Shown here: positions 52,266-64,000 of the stretch, piece after piece
Layout of the letters: each line of letters starts with the position of its first letter
Numbering within the stretch: position 1 is the stretch's first letter
Source: Octopus vulgaris
Lineage: Eukaryota
Reading direction: 5' to 3'
NCBI GenBank assembly: GCA_951406725.2
Contig: OX597837.1
Span: 24,614,001 to 24,678,000 of the forward strand
DNA: 64,000 nt
Position numbers and translations under genes: made by a program
Notes under the pieces: model-generated
The model's database searches: none
What the model was told of the DNA's origin: nothing
Seen by the model: only the letters and a program-made list of their open reading frames with translations

Positions 52266-52673
52266 TCAGGAGTGGCTGTGTGGTAAGTAGCTTGCTTACC
52301 AACCACAGGGTTCCGGGTTCAGTCCCACTGCGTGGCACCTTGGGCAAGTGTCTTCTACTATAGCCTCGGGCCGACCAAAGCCTTGTGAGTGGATTTGGTA
52401 GACGGAAACTGAAAGAAGCCCATCGTATATATGTATATATATATATATATATATGTGTGTGCATGTATGTTTGTGTGTCTGTGTTTTGTCCCCCTAGCAT
52501 TGCTTGACAACCGATGCTGGTGTGTTTATGTCCCCATCACTTAGCGGTTCAGCAAAAGAGACCGATAGAATAAGTACTGGGCTTACAAAGAATAAGTCCC
52601 AGGGTCGAGTTGCTCGACTAAAGGCGGTGCTCCAACATGGTCGCAGTCAACTGACTGAAACCAGTAAAAGAGT
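52266..52673 (+). mobile_element. SINE family A
   Basis: Near-identical to 2085-2557. Confidence 0.88.
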
Positions 52674-53707
52674 ATCTCTTCACTTCCTTGCACTTCCACT
52701 TCATGCACTATGCTTACCTCCTACTCCCCAATCCTGGCCTCTTGGCCCTGTGCTCTGCTAGCCCCCCAACCTGTGTGTTCCACCCACACATAACAAGAAA
52801 ACTTTTCACTCACCCTACCCCAACATACCAATCTATATCTCCACATCTTTTCTCTTCCTCACATTCCTCATTCATACGCTATACCTAGCTCTCACGCCCC
52901 AATCCTATCCTCACAGCCCTGTTCCTCTGTATCACTACTATCCGGTAGCCCCCCCAAAAATCTATATATACCCAGGTTTTTGCCACTCACTTCCCCTCCA
53001 CCACACTCATTAATCACACTCCCTTCGCAATATCCTGCCACTTATATTATAGCATTCAAACCATAAGGGTATGCCGTGGCACTTGCCACCATCTATAACT
53101 TTCTCTTTCTTTACTCAACCATCCAATTTATATTCTGATCCCCGTCACTTGTGAGTATGCCTGGCATTTCGCCACCATCTCTATCCTGCTGTCTCCCACT
53201 CTCTCTCTCCTTCACCTGCACTTCCCTCAGGTTGGGTATCCATGTATTTCCTTTGCAGTACCTGTTTCTGTCTTCATTCCTGATCCCTCCCTCCCCACTC
53301 CCGACCAGATAACCTTGTACTTTCGCTACAGCAAGACACTTGTTTCTGCCTCTCTGTCTCACTATAACCTTTCATCATCTGACACAAGATCACCTCCTGC
53401 AATGCACCCTCCTCTCTTGAAAGTATCTTTTTTTTGTCTTGCAAGTACTTGGTGACCCTGTCAGTGCAGGTGCCACTTAAAAACACTCAGTCCACACTGT
53501 AAAGTGGTTGGTGCTCGAAAGGACATTCAGCTGTAAAAACCTTGCCAAAACTGACCACACCTGTGCTTACACCATGTAAAAAGTACGAAGTCCACTCTAC
53601 TGAGTAGTTAGTGATGATGCAGACTTCTGGCTGGCTGCTCTTGTGAAATGGTCTCACTCATGCTAGCATCGAAGGCGGATGGTAAACGATGATGATAATG
53701 ATGATAT

Positions 53708-53744
<37 letters not shown>

Positions 53745-53747
<3 letters not shown>

Positions 53748-54270
53748 CATCATAATCATCGTTTAACGTCCGCTTTCCATGCTAGCATGGATTGGACGAT
53801 TTTGACTGAGGGCTGGCGAACCAGATGGCTGCACCAGGCTCCAATCTTGATCTGGCAGAGTTTTCTACAGCCGGATGCCCTTCCTAATGCCAACCACTCC
53901 GAGAGTGTAGTGGGTGCTTTTTACATGCCACCGGCACGGGGGCCAGTCAGGCGGTACTGGCAACGACCTCGCTCGAATCTTTTTACACATGCCACCGGCA
54001 CAGGTGCTAGTAAGGCGACGTTGGTAATGATCACGCTCAAATGGTGCCCTTTTATGTGCCACCGGCACGGAAGCCAGTTGGCTGCTCTGGCAACGATCAC
54101 ACTCGGATGGTGCTCTTGGCACCCTACTAGTACGGGTACAAGTGCTAGTAAGGCGACGCTGGTAACAATCACACTCAAATGGTGCCCTTTTATGTGCCAC
54201 TGGCACAGAAGCCGGTTAGCCGCTCTATCAAACGATCACACTCGTGTGGTGCTCTTTGCATCCTGCTAGC
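53745..54270 (-). mobile_element. RTE 3'-UTR/tail copy with several hairpin repeat units
   Basis: catcatcgtttaacgtccgctttccatgctagc... module plus repeated gtgccaccggcac. Further copies at 8440-8701, 16156-16310, 25035-25420, 32771-33090, 36890-37112, 39866-40030, 47520-47750 and 49170-49440. Confidence 0.8.
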
Positions 54271-54299
54271 ATGGATGCCAATCATCGAATTGCAGCACA

Positions 54300-55003
54300 C
54301 ATGTGTGTGTGCAACAGCGAAGACTGCTGATTTGGTCATGTGATGCATATCAATGAGGACAGCTGCATAAAGAAGTTTCAAGCTCTGATTGTGGAGGGTA
54401 CTTGAGGAAGGAATAGACCCGAGAAGATGTGGGACAAAGAAGATGGGGAGAAAGGATCTTCGGATGCTGGGCTTCACTGAGGAAATGACAAGGGACTGGG
54501 AGATGTGGTGATTTTCTGTATTTGATAAGACATGTCAAACTAAGTAAAAATCAGTTTTCACACATACAGGCTTGTCCTTTCAGGTGTTGGTGCCACTTAA
54601 AAGGCACCTGTGCCAGTGCTGTGCTAACGCACCCATGCCAGTGGCACATAAAAAGCACCCAGCACACTCTATTAAGTGGTTAGCATTAGGAAAGGCCGGA
54701 GCTTACAGGGTCAAAGAAAAATAGTCTGAAGACAAACACAACAGCTGTGGATTTGTGTTTCTGCTTGAACAGACATCATCAGAAGAGAAATTGCCCTACC
54801 TAATGTATGAGAGAGATTGAAAACTAGTCTGTACTCTAGTTTAAATTTTACTATTCAAGAAGTTTGTACTTTTGAGGTCTGTTAATGAAACCATCCCTCA
54901 ATGGATAGTTGGAGTCTGGACTGCTCCCTGCTAGCAAGTTCCATGTCAAACTGTCCAGCCCATGCCAGCATAAAAAGCAGACATTAAACAATGATAATGA
55001 TGA
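54300..55003 (+). mobile_element. RTE LINE 3' end with an inserted foreign segment
   Basis: FGHVMHINEDSCIKK...RPEKMWD, the UTR module and a GAT tail; interrupted at 54694-54885. Confidence 0.75.
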
Positions 55004-55153
55004 TATATATATATATATATAGATAAGTTCAGCAAAAATTTAGATTCAAATGAATATGGTACTTAATTTAGATGCACCAGAATTCTGTATGGTGTTATCC
55101 ATAAAAATCCGTGGGGTGATTATAATCAAAATAAGCAACAAGAATGACTCCGG

Positions 55154-55246
55154 TAATTTGGTACGATCGTTTCGTACTACATCATTTTATTAAATGTTGT
55201 AAGTATTACAACAGTTTTAAAATGCTGAGCACTCATCAGCCAATTA
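55154..55246 (-). ncRNA. Type I hammerhead ribozyme, apparently intact, in a ~320-bp (TA)n-flanked element (Penelope/retrozyme-like)
   Basis: Minus strand reads UUGG-CUGAUGA-GUGCU...long hairpin...AGUAC-GAAA-CGAUCG-UA-CCAA. Complete core, stem I UUGG/CCAA, stem II closed by G-C, palindromic stem III, GUA cleavage triplet. Confidence 0.8.
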
Positions 55247-56508
55247 TAGAGGTTTTCCATTAATACAAAAATTTTTATATCAAGTGGCAACATTATAGAG
55301 AAGGTAGATATATAGACAAAGATGTGGATTTAAATTTTAATATATATATATATATATCAACAACTTTTGAGTATTGCTGTCTGGAAGATTTTCTTATGGT
55401 AGTGAAATAGTAGTTTTTAACTGCTATTTCAAAATTTCGGTATGTGGTGAAGCAAATTTTTGCTAAACCCTAATTATAATTATACTCATAATTATAGAAT
55501 TTATATATATGAAGTGAAAACAAGCTAAGCAAAATAACTTAGAATGACCATTGGCATGTATTTGTGCAGCAAAGATAAATAAGGTTATATTAATTAACAT
55601 ACAAAAGAAATTCTTGATTAACTAAAATTATCTTTGTCTCTAAAGAGGGTAAACCAATCACCTGCTAGCAGTTAGTACTGATTTCAAATGAAGGGAAATA
55701 ATCTGAAGAATCAAAACCTCTAAAAGTGACATGCGATTAAACCCAATTGAGAACTTCAAACTTGATGTCCTGCCAAATTACTGATATAGCAGGAATGGGG
55801 AAACCCTCAAGGTAGCATCAAGTGAAACTATAAATACACCAGCCAATCAGAATAAATATTTGTCATCACTGTAGTATTAATTTGTTTACTGTCTGCTCAG
55901 AGGTAAGGCGTTCTTAGAGTCCACTGCAGCCAAACGTGTCTGGAGTAGAATGGCAAAGGATGTAGGATATTCACAACTATAGATGTATTGCAGGAATTAG
56001 AACATTCTGATTAGGATGACTGAAATTTCAATGAAATGTATCCTGCAGACGGTTTAGAAATAGTTGATGAAGGTGAGAAATTTTGAAGCTGAAGATGAAA
56101 TCGGAAATGAAAGTGAAAGTAATTTACTGCAGAGAGAAAAAAAGATGAAGAGTGACACACTAAAGTGCAATACTGGAATCACACTGAAAACACATCAATT
56201 TTAAGTAAGAAACCTGGTTTTTATGTTTTTTAACAAGTTGTTTTCGTTATGTTTCTTTCTGTTTGCAGAATACATCATATAAAGAGAATTGGCTGTAGAA
56301 CTTTAGTCCAGGTGTGGGTAATATCTCCTTGGCCAGAGCTAACAGGGTCAAAGAAAAACAGTCTGAAGATAACATGACAGCTGTGGATTTCTGTTTCTGC
56401 TTGAACAGAACAGAAATTGCCCTACCTAATCTTCAGTTATTGGGACAGATATATATACAAAAAAAGACTATGTCTATATGCATGTATGTATGTACGTACA
56501 TATGTATG

Positions 56509-56966
56509 AGGACAGCTGATATCTTGAGTATTGAGGCGATGGTGCACAAGCACCAGTTGTGTTGGACTGGACACCTTATTAGAATGAAGGATAGAAGAAT
56601 TCCTAAGTAGATGCTCTATGGAGAACTTGTGAATGGAAAGAGACTCCGGCAGAAACCAAGGCTGCGATTTAAAGACTGTGTCAAGTCCTCATTAAAGGCC
56701 TGTGATATGCAGGACACTGACTGGGAGAACAATGCCTGTCATCGTCACAGATGGAGGAAGCAGGTTAAGGAGAGGATCGACACTTTTGAGAGAGCACGTA
56801 TCCAGCATGAAGAACTTAAGCTTGGTCTGCAATGTTTGAAGTCGTGTATGCTTGTCAAGAGCAGGGCTCATTAGCCACCAACGGAGCCGCAAATGCAAAA
56901 TATAAGTTAGTCCTAGAGCGCACAAAGTTCCTGAAGGTCGGCAATGGTCTTCCTCGGACAGCCATC
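56509..56966 (+). mobile_element. 5'-truncated RTE (BovB-like) LINE with 11-bp TSD
   Basis: QLCWTGHLIRMKDRRIPK*MLYGEL..GKR...PRLRFKDCVK; flanked by acatatgtatg at 56498-56508 and 56967-56977. Confidence 0.88.
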
Positions 56967-57788
56967 ACATATGTATGCATGCATATGAATGAATGGACGA
57001 ATATGCATCCATGAGTGTGTATATGTGTGAGAGAGATTGAAAACTAGTCTGTACTCTAGTTTAAATTTTGTTATTCAAGAAGTTTGTACTTTTGAGGTCT
57101 GTTAACAATCCTACAACTTCAAGGTCTTACCCACTGGATAAAAGGAATTGTAATGGCATGCATCGTCTCAATATAAGGTTCGAATTAGATGGGGGCTGAA
57201 TCCAGTTTTATTTCAGTAATCAAGGAGATGCTTTTTCTTGTTGCTTGTGTAAGAATTTAGTTTTGTATCAATATATTTGCATTCTCTTATTCTATTCCAC
57301 AAATATAAAATGTTTCCGTTCTACATGTTTCAAGCAAAAAGGGAATCATTAGATATTTCTTTTTTCACTGCTGCAGATAAAATCCTTTAACGTCAACTCA
57401 GAACATATGCTCACTGGGACACTTAGTCCCTGATTGATCAGAGCTATTATCAAAGACATTCCAGCCATGATCATCCTGTCTTTTATTCAGACAATGTTAT
57501 CTAGGACTACATTATCCAATGTGTGCTAACCATTTTCTTCAAGATTTGAGTGTGACTAGAGGGAATTTTACTGTTATTTCTAGGAAATTAAACAACCACA
57601 TACAGTCCCACCTTACCCTAAGCAGTTTTTAATAGTAATGGGAGAGTGATGATGCTACAGCTGCTGGGGGAAGCCACAGTCAAGGTTGTCAAATTAATGA
57701 TTTAATGTTGAAATCACAGGATCATAAAGGATGACATTAGACAGAAGTCTCATGCAGTCTCAAGCAGGGAAACCATATTTATGAATAA

Positions 57789-58171
57789 CTAGCAGTATCG
57801 CCCGGCGTTGCTCAGGTTTGTAAGGGAAATAACTATAAAGCATTTTTAGAGAGTTATAGCCAAAAAATAGCAAAAAAATGGAAAAAAAATGATGGTAAAT
57901 TTTTTTTGAGTTAAAAAAGGTCGAGTTGCGTCCCCTAGACAGTCTGTGGTTTGTGTTTCTGATTCTCGACCCCATGTCGAATTTATCGATTTTTTTCAGA
58001 ACTGGGGGAACTTTTCAAAATTTTCGCTGCGTTAGTTTTGAATTATGACATTGGGCTATGTGTGTGTCAAGTTTCATCAGAATTGGTTGAAAGCCGTGGT
58101 CAGGGTGAGGGTACAACCAAACAGACACACAGAAACACACACAGACAAACTGCCGTTTATATAGAGAGAGA
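57789..58171 (-). mobile_element. Non-autonomous Helitron
   Basis: A|TC...CTAG|T termini; homologous to 13003-13295 and to the 3' part of 34920-35305. Confidence 0.78.
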
Positions 58172-58307
58172 TGAATGAGCAATAGATGTGATGTTGTGAG
58201 AAACTTTCCATACCTTCTATGTTTGTTGCCAAGATGTCTTCAGTGTGAGATAAAACAGAATTACCAAAGCATGAAGAGGTCATTTCTCAGAACTGGTGAG
58301 TCAGTAA

Positions 58308-59185
58308 CTAGAAAGAGAGATCAAAGGGAAATAATGAAATAGAAAACCAGTTGAATCAATATTTTATCACTTTAAAGGCAGTGAGCTGACAGAATAAAAT
58401 GCTTAGTGACGTTTCATCTGTCTTCACATCCTGAGTTCAAATTCTGACAAGGCCAACTTGGCCTTTCATCCTCTTGGGGTCAATAAAATAATGTAACAGT
58501 TGAACACTGGAGTCGATGTAAGCGACTCTAGAAAGAGAGATCAAAGGAAATAATGAAATAGAAAACTAGTTGAATCAATATTTTATCATTTTAAAGGCAG
58601 TGAGCTGACAGAATAAAAGGCTTAGTGACGTTTCATCTGTCTTCACATCCTGAGTTCAAATTCTGACAAGGCCAACTTGGCCTTTCATCCTCTTATGGTC
58701 AATAAAATAATGTAACAGTTGAACACTGGAGTCGATGTAAGCGACTCTAGAAAGAGAGATCAAAGGAACTAATGAAATAGAAAACTAGTTGAATCAATAT
58801 TTTATCACATTAAAGGCAGTGAGCTGACAGAATAAAAGGCTTAGTGACGTTTCATCTGTCTTCACATCCTGAGTTCAAATTCTGACAAGGCCAACTTGGC
58901 CTTTCATCCTCTTGGGGTCAATAAAATACTGTAACAGTTGAACACTGGAGTCGATGTAAGCGACTCTAGAAAGAGAGATCAAAGGAACTAATGAAATAGA
59001 AAACTAGTTGAATCAATATTTTATCACTTTAAAGGCAGTGAGCTGACAGAATAAAAGGCTTAGTGACGTTTCATCTGTCTTCACATCCTGAGTTCAAATT
59101 CTGACAAGGCCAACTTGGCCTTTCATCCTCTTGGGGTCAATAAAATACTGTAACAGTTGAACACTGGAGTCGATGTAAGCGACTC
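58308..59185. repeat. 219-220-bp tandem repeat x4 containing a decayed SINE-B-like segment
   Basis: Units start ctagaaagagagatcaaagg at 58308, 58528, 58747 and 58966. Confidence 0.95.
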
Positions 59186-59633
59186 CTTCCCTAAAAATTG
59201 CTGGCCCTGTGCCAAAATCTGAAACCCATATTTTATCACTCTTAAAGGCATCAAGCTGGCAGAATTGTTAGCATGCCAGGCAAAATTCTAAGCAGCATTT
59301 TGTTCATCTTCACATTCTGAGTTCAAATTCCACCAAGGTCAACTTGGCTCCTGGCCTTGCCAGTTACAGTTAAGCCATTCAACCCATGCCACCCTGAAAA
59401 CGGACATTAAATGTTGATGATGATGATGATAACTATTAAAACACAATTAATTTACAAAACTACCACACTCACCAAACCTTTAACTAGCATCTCCTGAGGA
59501 CTAACACAAGCTAAAACATCACTAACACTAACATACACATATAAAATTATCTTCACAAAATCAGCAAAATGACAAAGGAAACAAATATATTAGGACATCA
59601 TCAGGCAAAATGCTTTGAGGTATTTATTCTGCC

Positions 59634-59853
59634 TTACTCTTACTCTTTTACTTGTTTCAGTCATTTGACTGCGGCCATGCTGGAGCACCGCCTTTAGTCA
59701 AGCAACTCGACCCCGGGACTTATTCTTTTGTAAGCCCAGTACTTATTCTATCGGTCTCTTTTGCTGAACCGCTAAGTAACGGAGACATAAACACACCAAC
59801 ATCGGTTGTCAAGCAATGCTAGGGCGACAAACACAGACACACAAATACACACA

Positions 59854-59899
<46 letters not shown>

Positions 59900-60070
59900 C
59901 ATATATACGACGGGCTTCTTTTCAGTTTCCGTCTACCAAATCCATTCACAAGGCTTTGGTTGGCCCGAGGCTATAGTAGAAAACACTTGCCCAAGGTGCC
60001 ACACAGTGAGACTGAACCCGGAACCATGTGTTGGTAAACAAGCTACTTACCACACAGCCACTCCTGCGCC
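59634..60070 (-). mobile_element. SINE family A
   Basis: Reverse complement of family A. Confidence 0.88.
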
Positions 60071-60188
60071 TTGTTGCATTCTGTGTTAAGATCCTGCCAA
60101 AGATCAACTTTGCTTTTTATTCTTTCCAGAGTTAAAAAAAACTATCAGTCTAAAAGTTTGGCTGAAGCATTAGAGCATCAGACAGGAT

Positions 60189-60469
60189 TGTTTGTTCCTT
60201 CTCAAGCCATGCCTGGCTCATAAGGGCCGGTTTCCCGGTTTCCTTGGCGTATAGGTTCCCCATCTAGACAGGACGCCGGTCTGTCGCAGGTGAGCTGCAA
60301 GATGCAGTGAGAGAAAGTTGTGGCCAAAAAGTCAGCAAAAATTGGCCATTACCTTCTGCCGGAGCCATGTGTTTTGCTCATAAACACACATATCGCCCCA
60401 TCTGAGATTCGAACCCGCGATCCTCGACCGCGAGTCCGCTGCTCTAACCACTAGGCCATGTGCCTCCAC
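60189..60469 (-). mobile_element. tRNA-derived SINE family D (V-domain-like)
   Basis: Head tggcctagtggttagagcagcgg...gggttcgaatc; cctgcgacagaccggcgtcctgtc resembles the V-SINE domain (from memory); flanks catcagacaggat/catcagagaggat. Confidence 0.7.
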
Positions 60470-60988
60470 ATCAGAGAGGATGCCTTACAGGAATTGAATT
60501 ATATTGGCTGCTGTCTGCATCCTGAGTTAAATCCTATCATTAATTCTAGGGAGACAGACAATTCATTCTTTGGAATCCTTGGGTGCCTGCAGAGAGGGAG
60601 ATTTAGCAGATATTTCTAGCAGGTCAAGCACCAATGTAAAAGTTTCACCATTAGGTCATGGCCCAAATTTCTACAAGGAATAATGAAATGATAGATTCAA
60701 ATTTTAGCACAAGGCCAGCAAATTTGTGAACGGGATAAGCCAATTACACCAACCCCAGTGCTCAAATGGTACTTATTTTATCAACCCCAAAAGAATGAAA
60801 GATCTATTCTCTTACAAACATTCAGGGCCAGATATCCAGTTTCAGAATACCTTCCTCTGTCACTCCTATTAGTCTCAGAGACTTTACAAAGGCTATGGGC
60901 ACTACATACCTTCTTGACTAAAAATAGAAAAGGTAAAAATTCAATTATAGGATTGGGAAGAAATTATTTTTTTTTTATACATAAAATA

Positions 60989-61420
60989 GGCGCAGGAGTG
61001 GCTGTGTGGTAAGTAGCTTGCTAACCAACCACATGGTTCCGGGTTCAGTCCCACTGCTTGGCATATTGGGCACGTGTCTTCTGCTATAGCCCAGGGCCGA
61101 CCAATGCCTTGTGAGTGGATTTGGTAGACGGAAACTGAAAGAAGCCTGTCGTATATATGTATGTATATATATATATATATATATATTGTGTGTGTGTGTG
61201 TGTGTGTGTGTGTTTGTGTGTCTGTGTTTGTCCCCCTAGCATTGCTTGACAACCGATGCTGGTGTGTTTACATCCCCGTCACTTAGCGGTTCGGCAAAAA
61301 GAGACCGATAGAATAAGTACTGGGCTTACAAAAGAATAAGTCCCGGGGTCGATTTGCTCGACTAAAGGCGGTGCTCCAGCATGCCGCAGTCAAATGACTG
61401 AAAGTAAATGAGTAAAAGAG
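60989..61420 (+). mobile_element. SINE family A
   Basis: Near-identical to 2085-2557. Confidence 0.88.
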
Positions 61421-61756
61421 AGAGAGAGTAATACAAGGGAAATAACTCGTACACAACGAAACTACGACTATGATGTCCTGTTGATTTCGACTTCTCACCA
61501 TCATCATTGAGAAGCAGTAACAGCATTATCCTCATCGCTGTCGTTAACAACGTCACAGCTAACATATAATGCAGTGGGCTTTCGATTAGCTACTTCAAAT
61601 CTGGAAGACGTCAACGTTAATTATTCAGCTTATGCCCCTTGGAAAGTGAAAAAAAATGTTTCTCCCCCTTCTCTACAATACTGTCATCCTGTCATCACTA
61701 TCAACACACACACATATAAACACTATATATATACATACACACACGATATATATATA

Positions 61757-61967
61757 TTTCATTACTACCCACAAAGGGTTAAACACAGAGGGGACAGACA
61801 AAGGGATTAAGTCGATTACATCGACCCCAGTGCGTAACTGGTACTTAATTTATCGACCCCGAAAGGATAAAAGGCAAAGTCGACCTCGGCGGAATTTGAA
61901 CTCGGAACGTAACGGCAGACGAAATATGGCAACGCATTTCGCCCGGCGTGCTAACGTTTCTGCCAGC
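61757..61967 (-). mobile_element. SINE family B
   Basis: Flanked on both sides by cacacacgatatatata. Confidence 0.85.
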
Positions 61968-61984
61968 ACACACGATATATATAG

Positions 61985-63127
61985 CTTCCGTTACCTAGGT
62001 GACCAAGTCAGTAGTGGGGGGGGGAATGCTCTGAGAGAGTAGCTACTAGAATAAGAATAGCCTGGGCAAAGTTCAGAGAGCTCCTACCTCTGCTGGTAAC
62101 AAAGGGCCTACAGCTCAGAGTGAAAGGTAGACTGTATGATGTATGTGTACGAATAGCCATGCTACACGGCAGTGAAACATGGGGTGTGACTGCTGGGGAC
62201 ATGTGTAGGCTTGAAAGGAACGAAGCTAGTATGCTCCGCTGGATGTGTAATGTCAGTGTGCATACACAACAGAGTGTAAGTGCCCTGAGAGAAAAGCTGG
62301 ACATAAGAAGCATCAGGTGTGGTGTGCAAAAGAGACGACTGCACTGGTCTGGTTATGTGTTGCATATGGATGAGGACAGCTGTGTGAAAAAGTGTCACTC
62401 TCTAACAGTGGAGAGAACCTGTGGAAGAGGTAGACCCAGGAAGATGTGGGATGAGTTAGTGGAGCATGAACATTGAACGTTGGGCCACACAGAGGCAATG
62501 ACAAGTGACCGACACCTTTGGAGATGCTGTGCTTGAGAAGACCTAGCAAGCCAAGTGACCTATGCCAGTGTCACGTAACCAGTCCATTTAGGGGTACCCT
62601 TCAATCATTAGGCAATGTACTGGGCTTGAGAAGACCTGTTGAGTCAAGTGAAATCATTGTCGTAACCAATGCCTGACTGGCACCCATGCTAATGGCACGA
62701 AAAAAAGCACCAATCAAGTGTGGTCCATGCCAGTCCCACCAGACTGGTTCCATGCCAGTGGCACATAAAGAGCACCATACGAACGTGGTCGATGTCAGTG
62801 CCGCCTGACTAGTTCCATACCGGTAGTATGTAAGAAGCACCATTTGAGTGTGGTTGATGCTAGTACTGCCTGACTGGCTCCTGTGCCAGTGGCACGTAAA
62901 AAGCACCATTCAAGTGTGGTCGATGCCAATACTGCCTAAACTGGCCCCCATGACAGTGACATGTAAAAAGCATCCACCACACTCTCAGAGTGTTGGCACT
63001 AGGAAGGGCATCCAGCTGTAGAAACCTTGCTGGATCAGATTCAAGCCTGGTGTAGCCTACCGGCTTGCCAGTCCTCAGCAGTCAAACTGTCCAACCCATG
63101 GAAAGCAGACAGTAAACGATGATGATG
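61985..63127 (+). mobile_element. RTE LINE 3' end with complete repeat-bearing 3' UTR and (GAT)n tail
   Basis: KGRLYDVCVRIAMLHGSETW...GRGRPRKMWDE, then gtggcacgtaaaaagcacc repeats, the aggaagggcatccagctgtagaaac module and gatgatgat. Confidence 0.88.
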
Positions 63128-64000
63128 TGTGTGTGTTTGTGTGTGCGTACTTATATACACACACACACACACAGAGTCTGGGGATCCAAATGCAGGAAGT
63201 TTGTAAGCTTCCAGCAATAGGTGGCCAGTATAGAGAACAAAAAATGGAGAGTGTACGATAAGATATAATAACAATTTATTGGCATCGAGAGTTACACACT
63301 TTTTCCTATATTGAAGTTGTAAAGAAATCTGATAAGCTAATAGTTTCTAAGTAGCTCAATGTTAGCAACTATAGCTGCTAAAAATACAAATAAAAATTCA
63401 AACTGAGCAAGTGGAACAGCTAAAATGTTGTGGCTGACTTAGAAATTCCATGCAGCAATGTAATCTTTATTAAGGCAATTTCACCCTGGTGATAAGTTAC
63501 ATTAAGTTCACTGTGTAACTATTGTATAATGAGCTTCAGCTAGTTAAGAAACATATGTAGTGCACATTTTACCTGTTCCTTCCCTCAATTTGGATATATA
63601 TTTATATATATTAGAGTAGTAACTATGGAAGACTGGTGGGATTATTATTTGTATGACTTAAAAATTGGTCGTTATTTAATATATAATTTAGTTATTGTAG
63701 GTTTACTATTAATACCAATACAGTCTTTTCGGTTTGAACGGCAGTTTTTAACATAATTTCTAGGTAACTAAAAAATTTAAAACTTCGTATACTGGTAGAA
63801 TGTGTTTATAAAACATCTTTTTCTCTTGGCTTTATTGAGAAAATTCTATAGTTTGTAAGATATTTGTTGTTTTCTTTTCTTCAATTTCTGCAATTTCAAC
63901 CAATCACTTACGTCTATTGAGGTAAAAAAAACATTCTGTGCCGTACAAATACGTCCCTCGTTTAAGAAACAGATTGGGTTTATTTACATTTGTGAAGAAA

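Noticed and set aside
63719-64000. Possible TA|CAGTC DNA-transposon end
   Set aside because: Cut by the window edge; no matching TIR is visible.

Overview
Eukaryotic, AT-rich, repeat-dominated genomic DNA. The SINE/LINE/microsatellite landscape looks like a cephalopod (Octopus-type) genome; this is inferred from repeat families recalled from memory, not from a search. The only well-supported host coding sequence is two phase-compatible + strand exons (45402-45604, 50295-50477) of a Golgi alpha-mannosidase II (GH38, MAN2A-type) gene. Most of the rest is layered mobile DNA: RTE, HERO (RLE), L1/Tx1 and CR1-type LINE relics; four tRNA-derived SINE families; piggyBac, mariner, maT (DD37D), Tigger-like and hAT-like elements and MITEs; four non-autonomous Helitrons and a Helentron-like element; a CpG-decayed 5S rRNA copy; and several tandem arrays. 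The most notable observations are RNA-level. There are short non-coding elements carrying type I hammerhead ribozyme cores: one apparently intact (55154-55246, -), an inverted pair inside the mannosidase intron (46818-47107), and a G3-C8 core variant (26101-26145). There is also a G.U-rich pre-miRNA-like hairpin (21039-21101) in a promoter-like zone, two locally templated insertions, and a possible SINE/LINE shared 3' tail. All calls were made by eye; boundaries of degenerate repeats are approximate.
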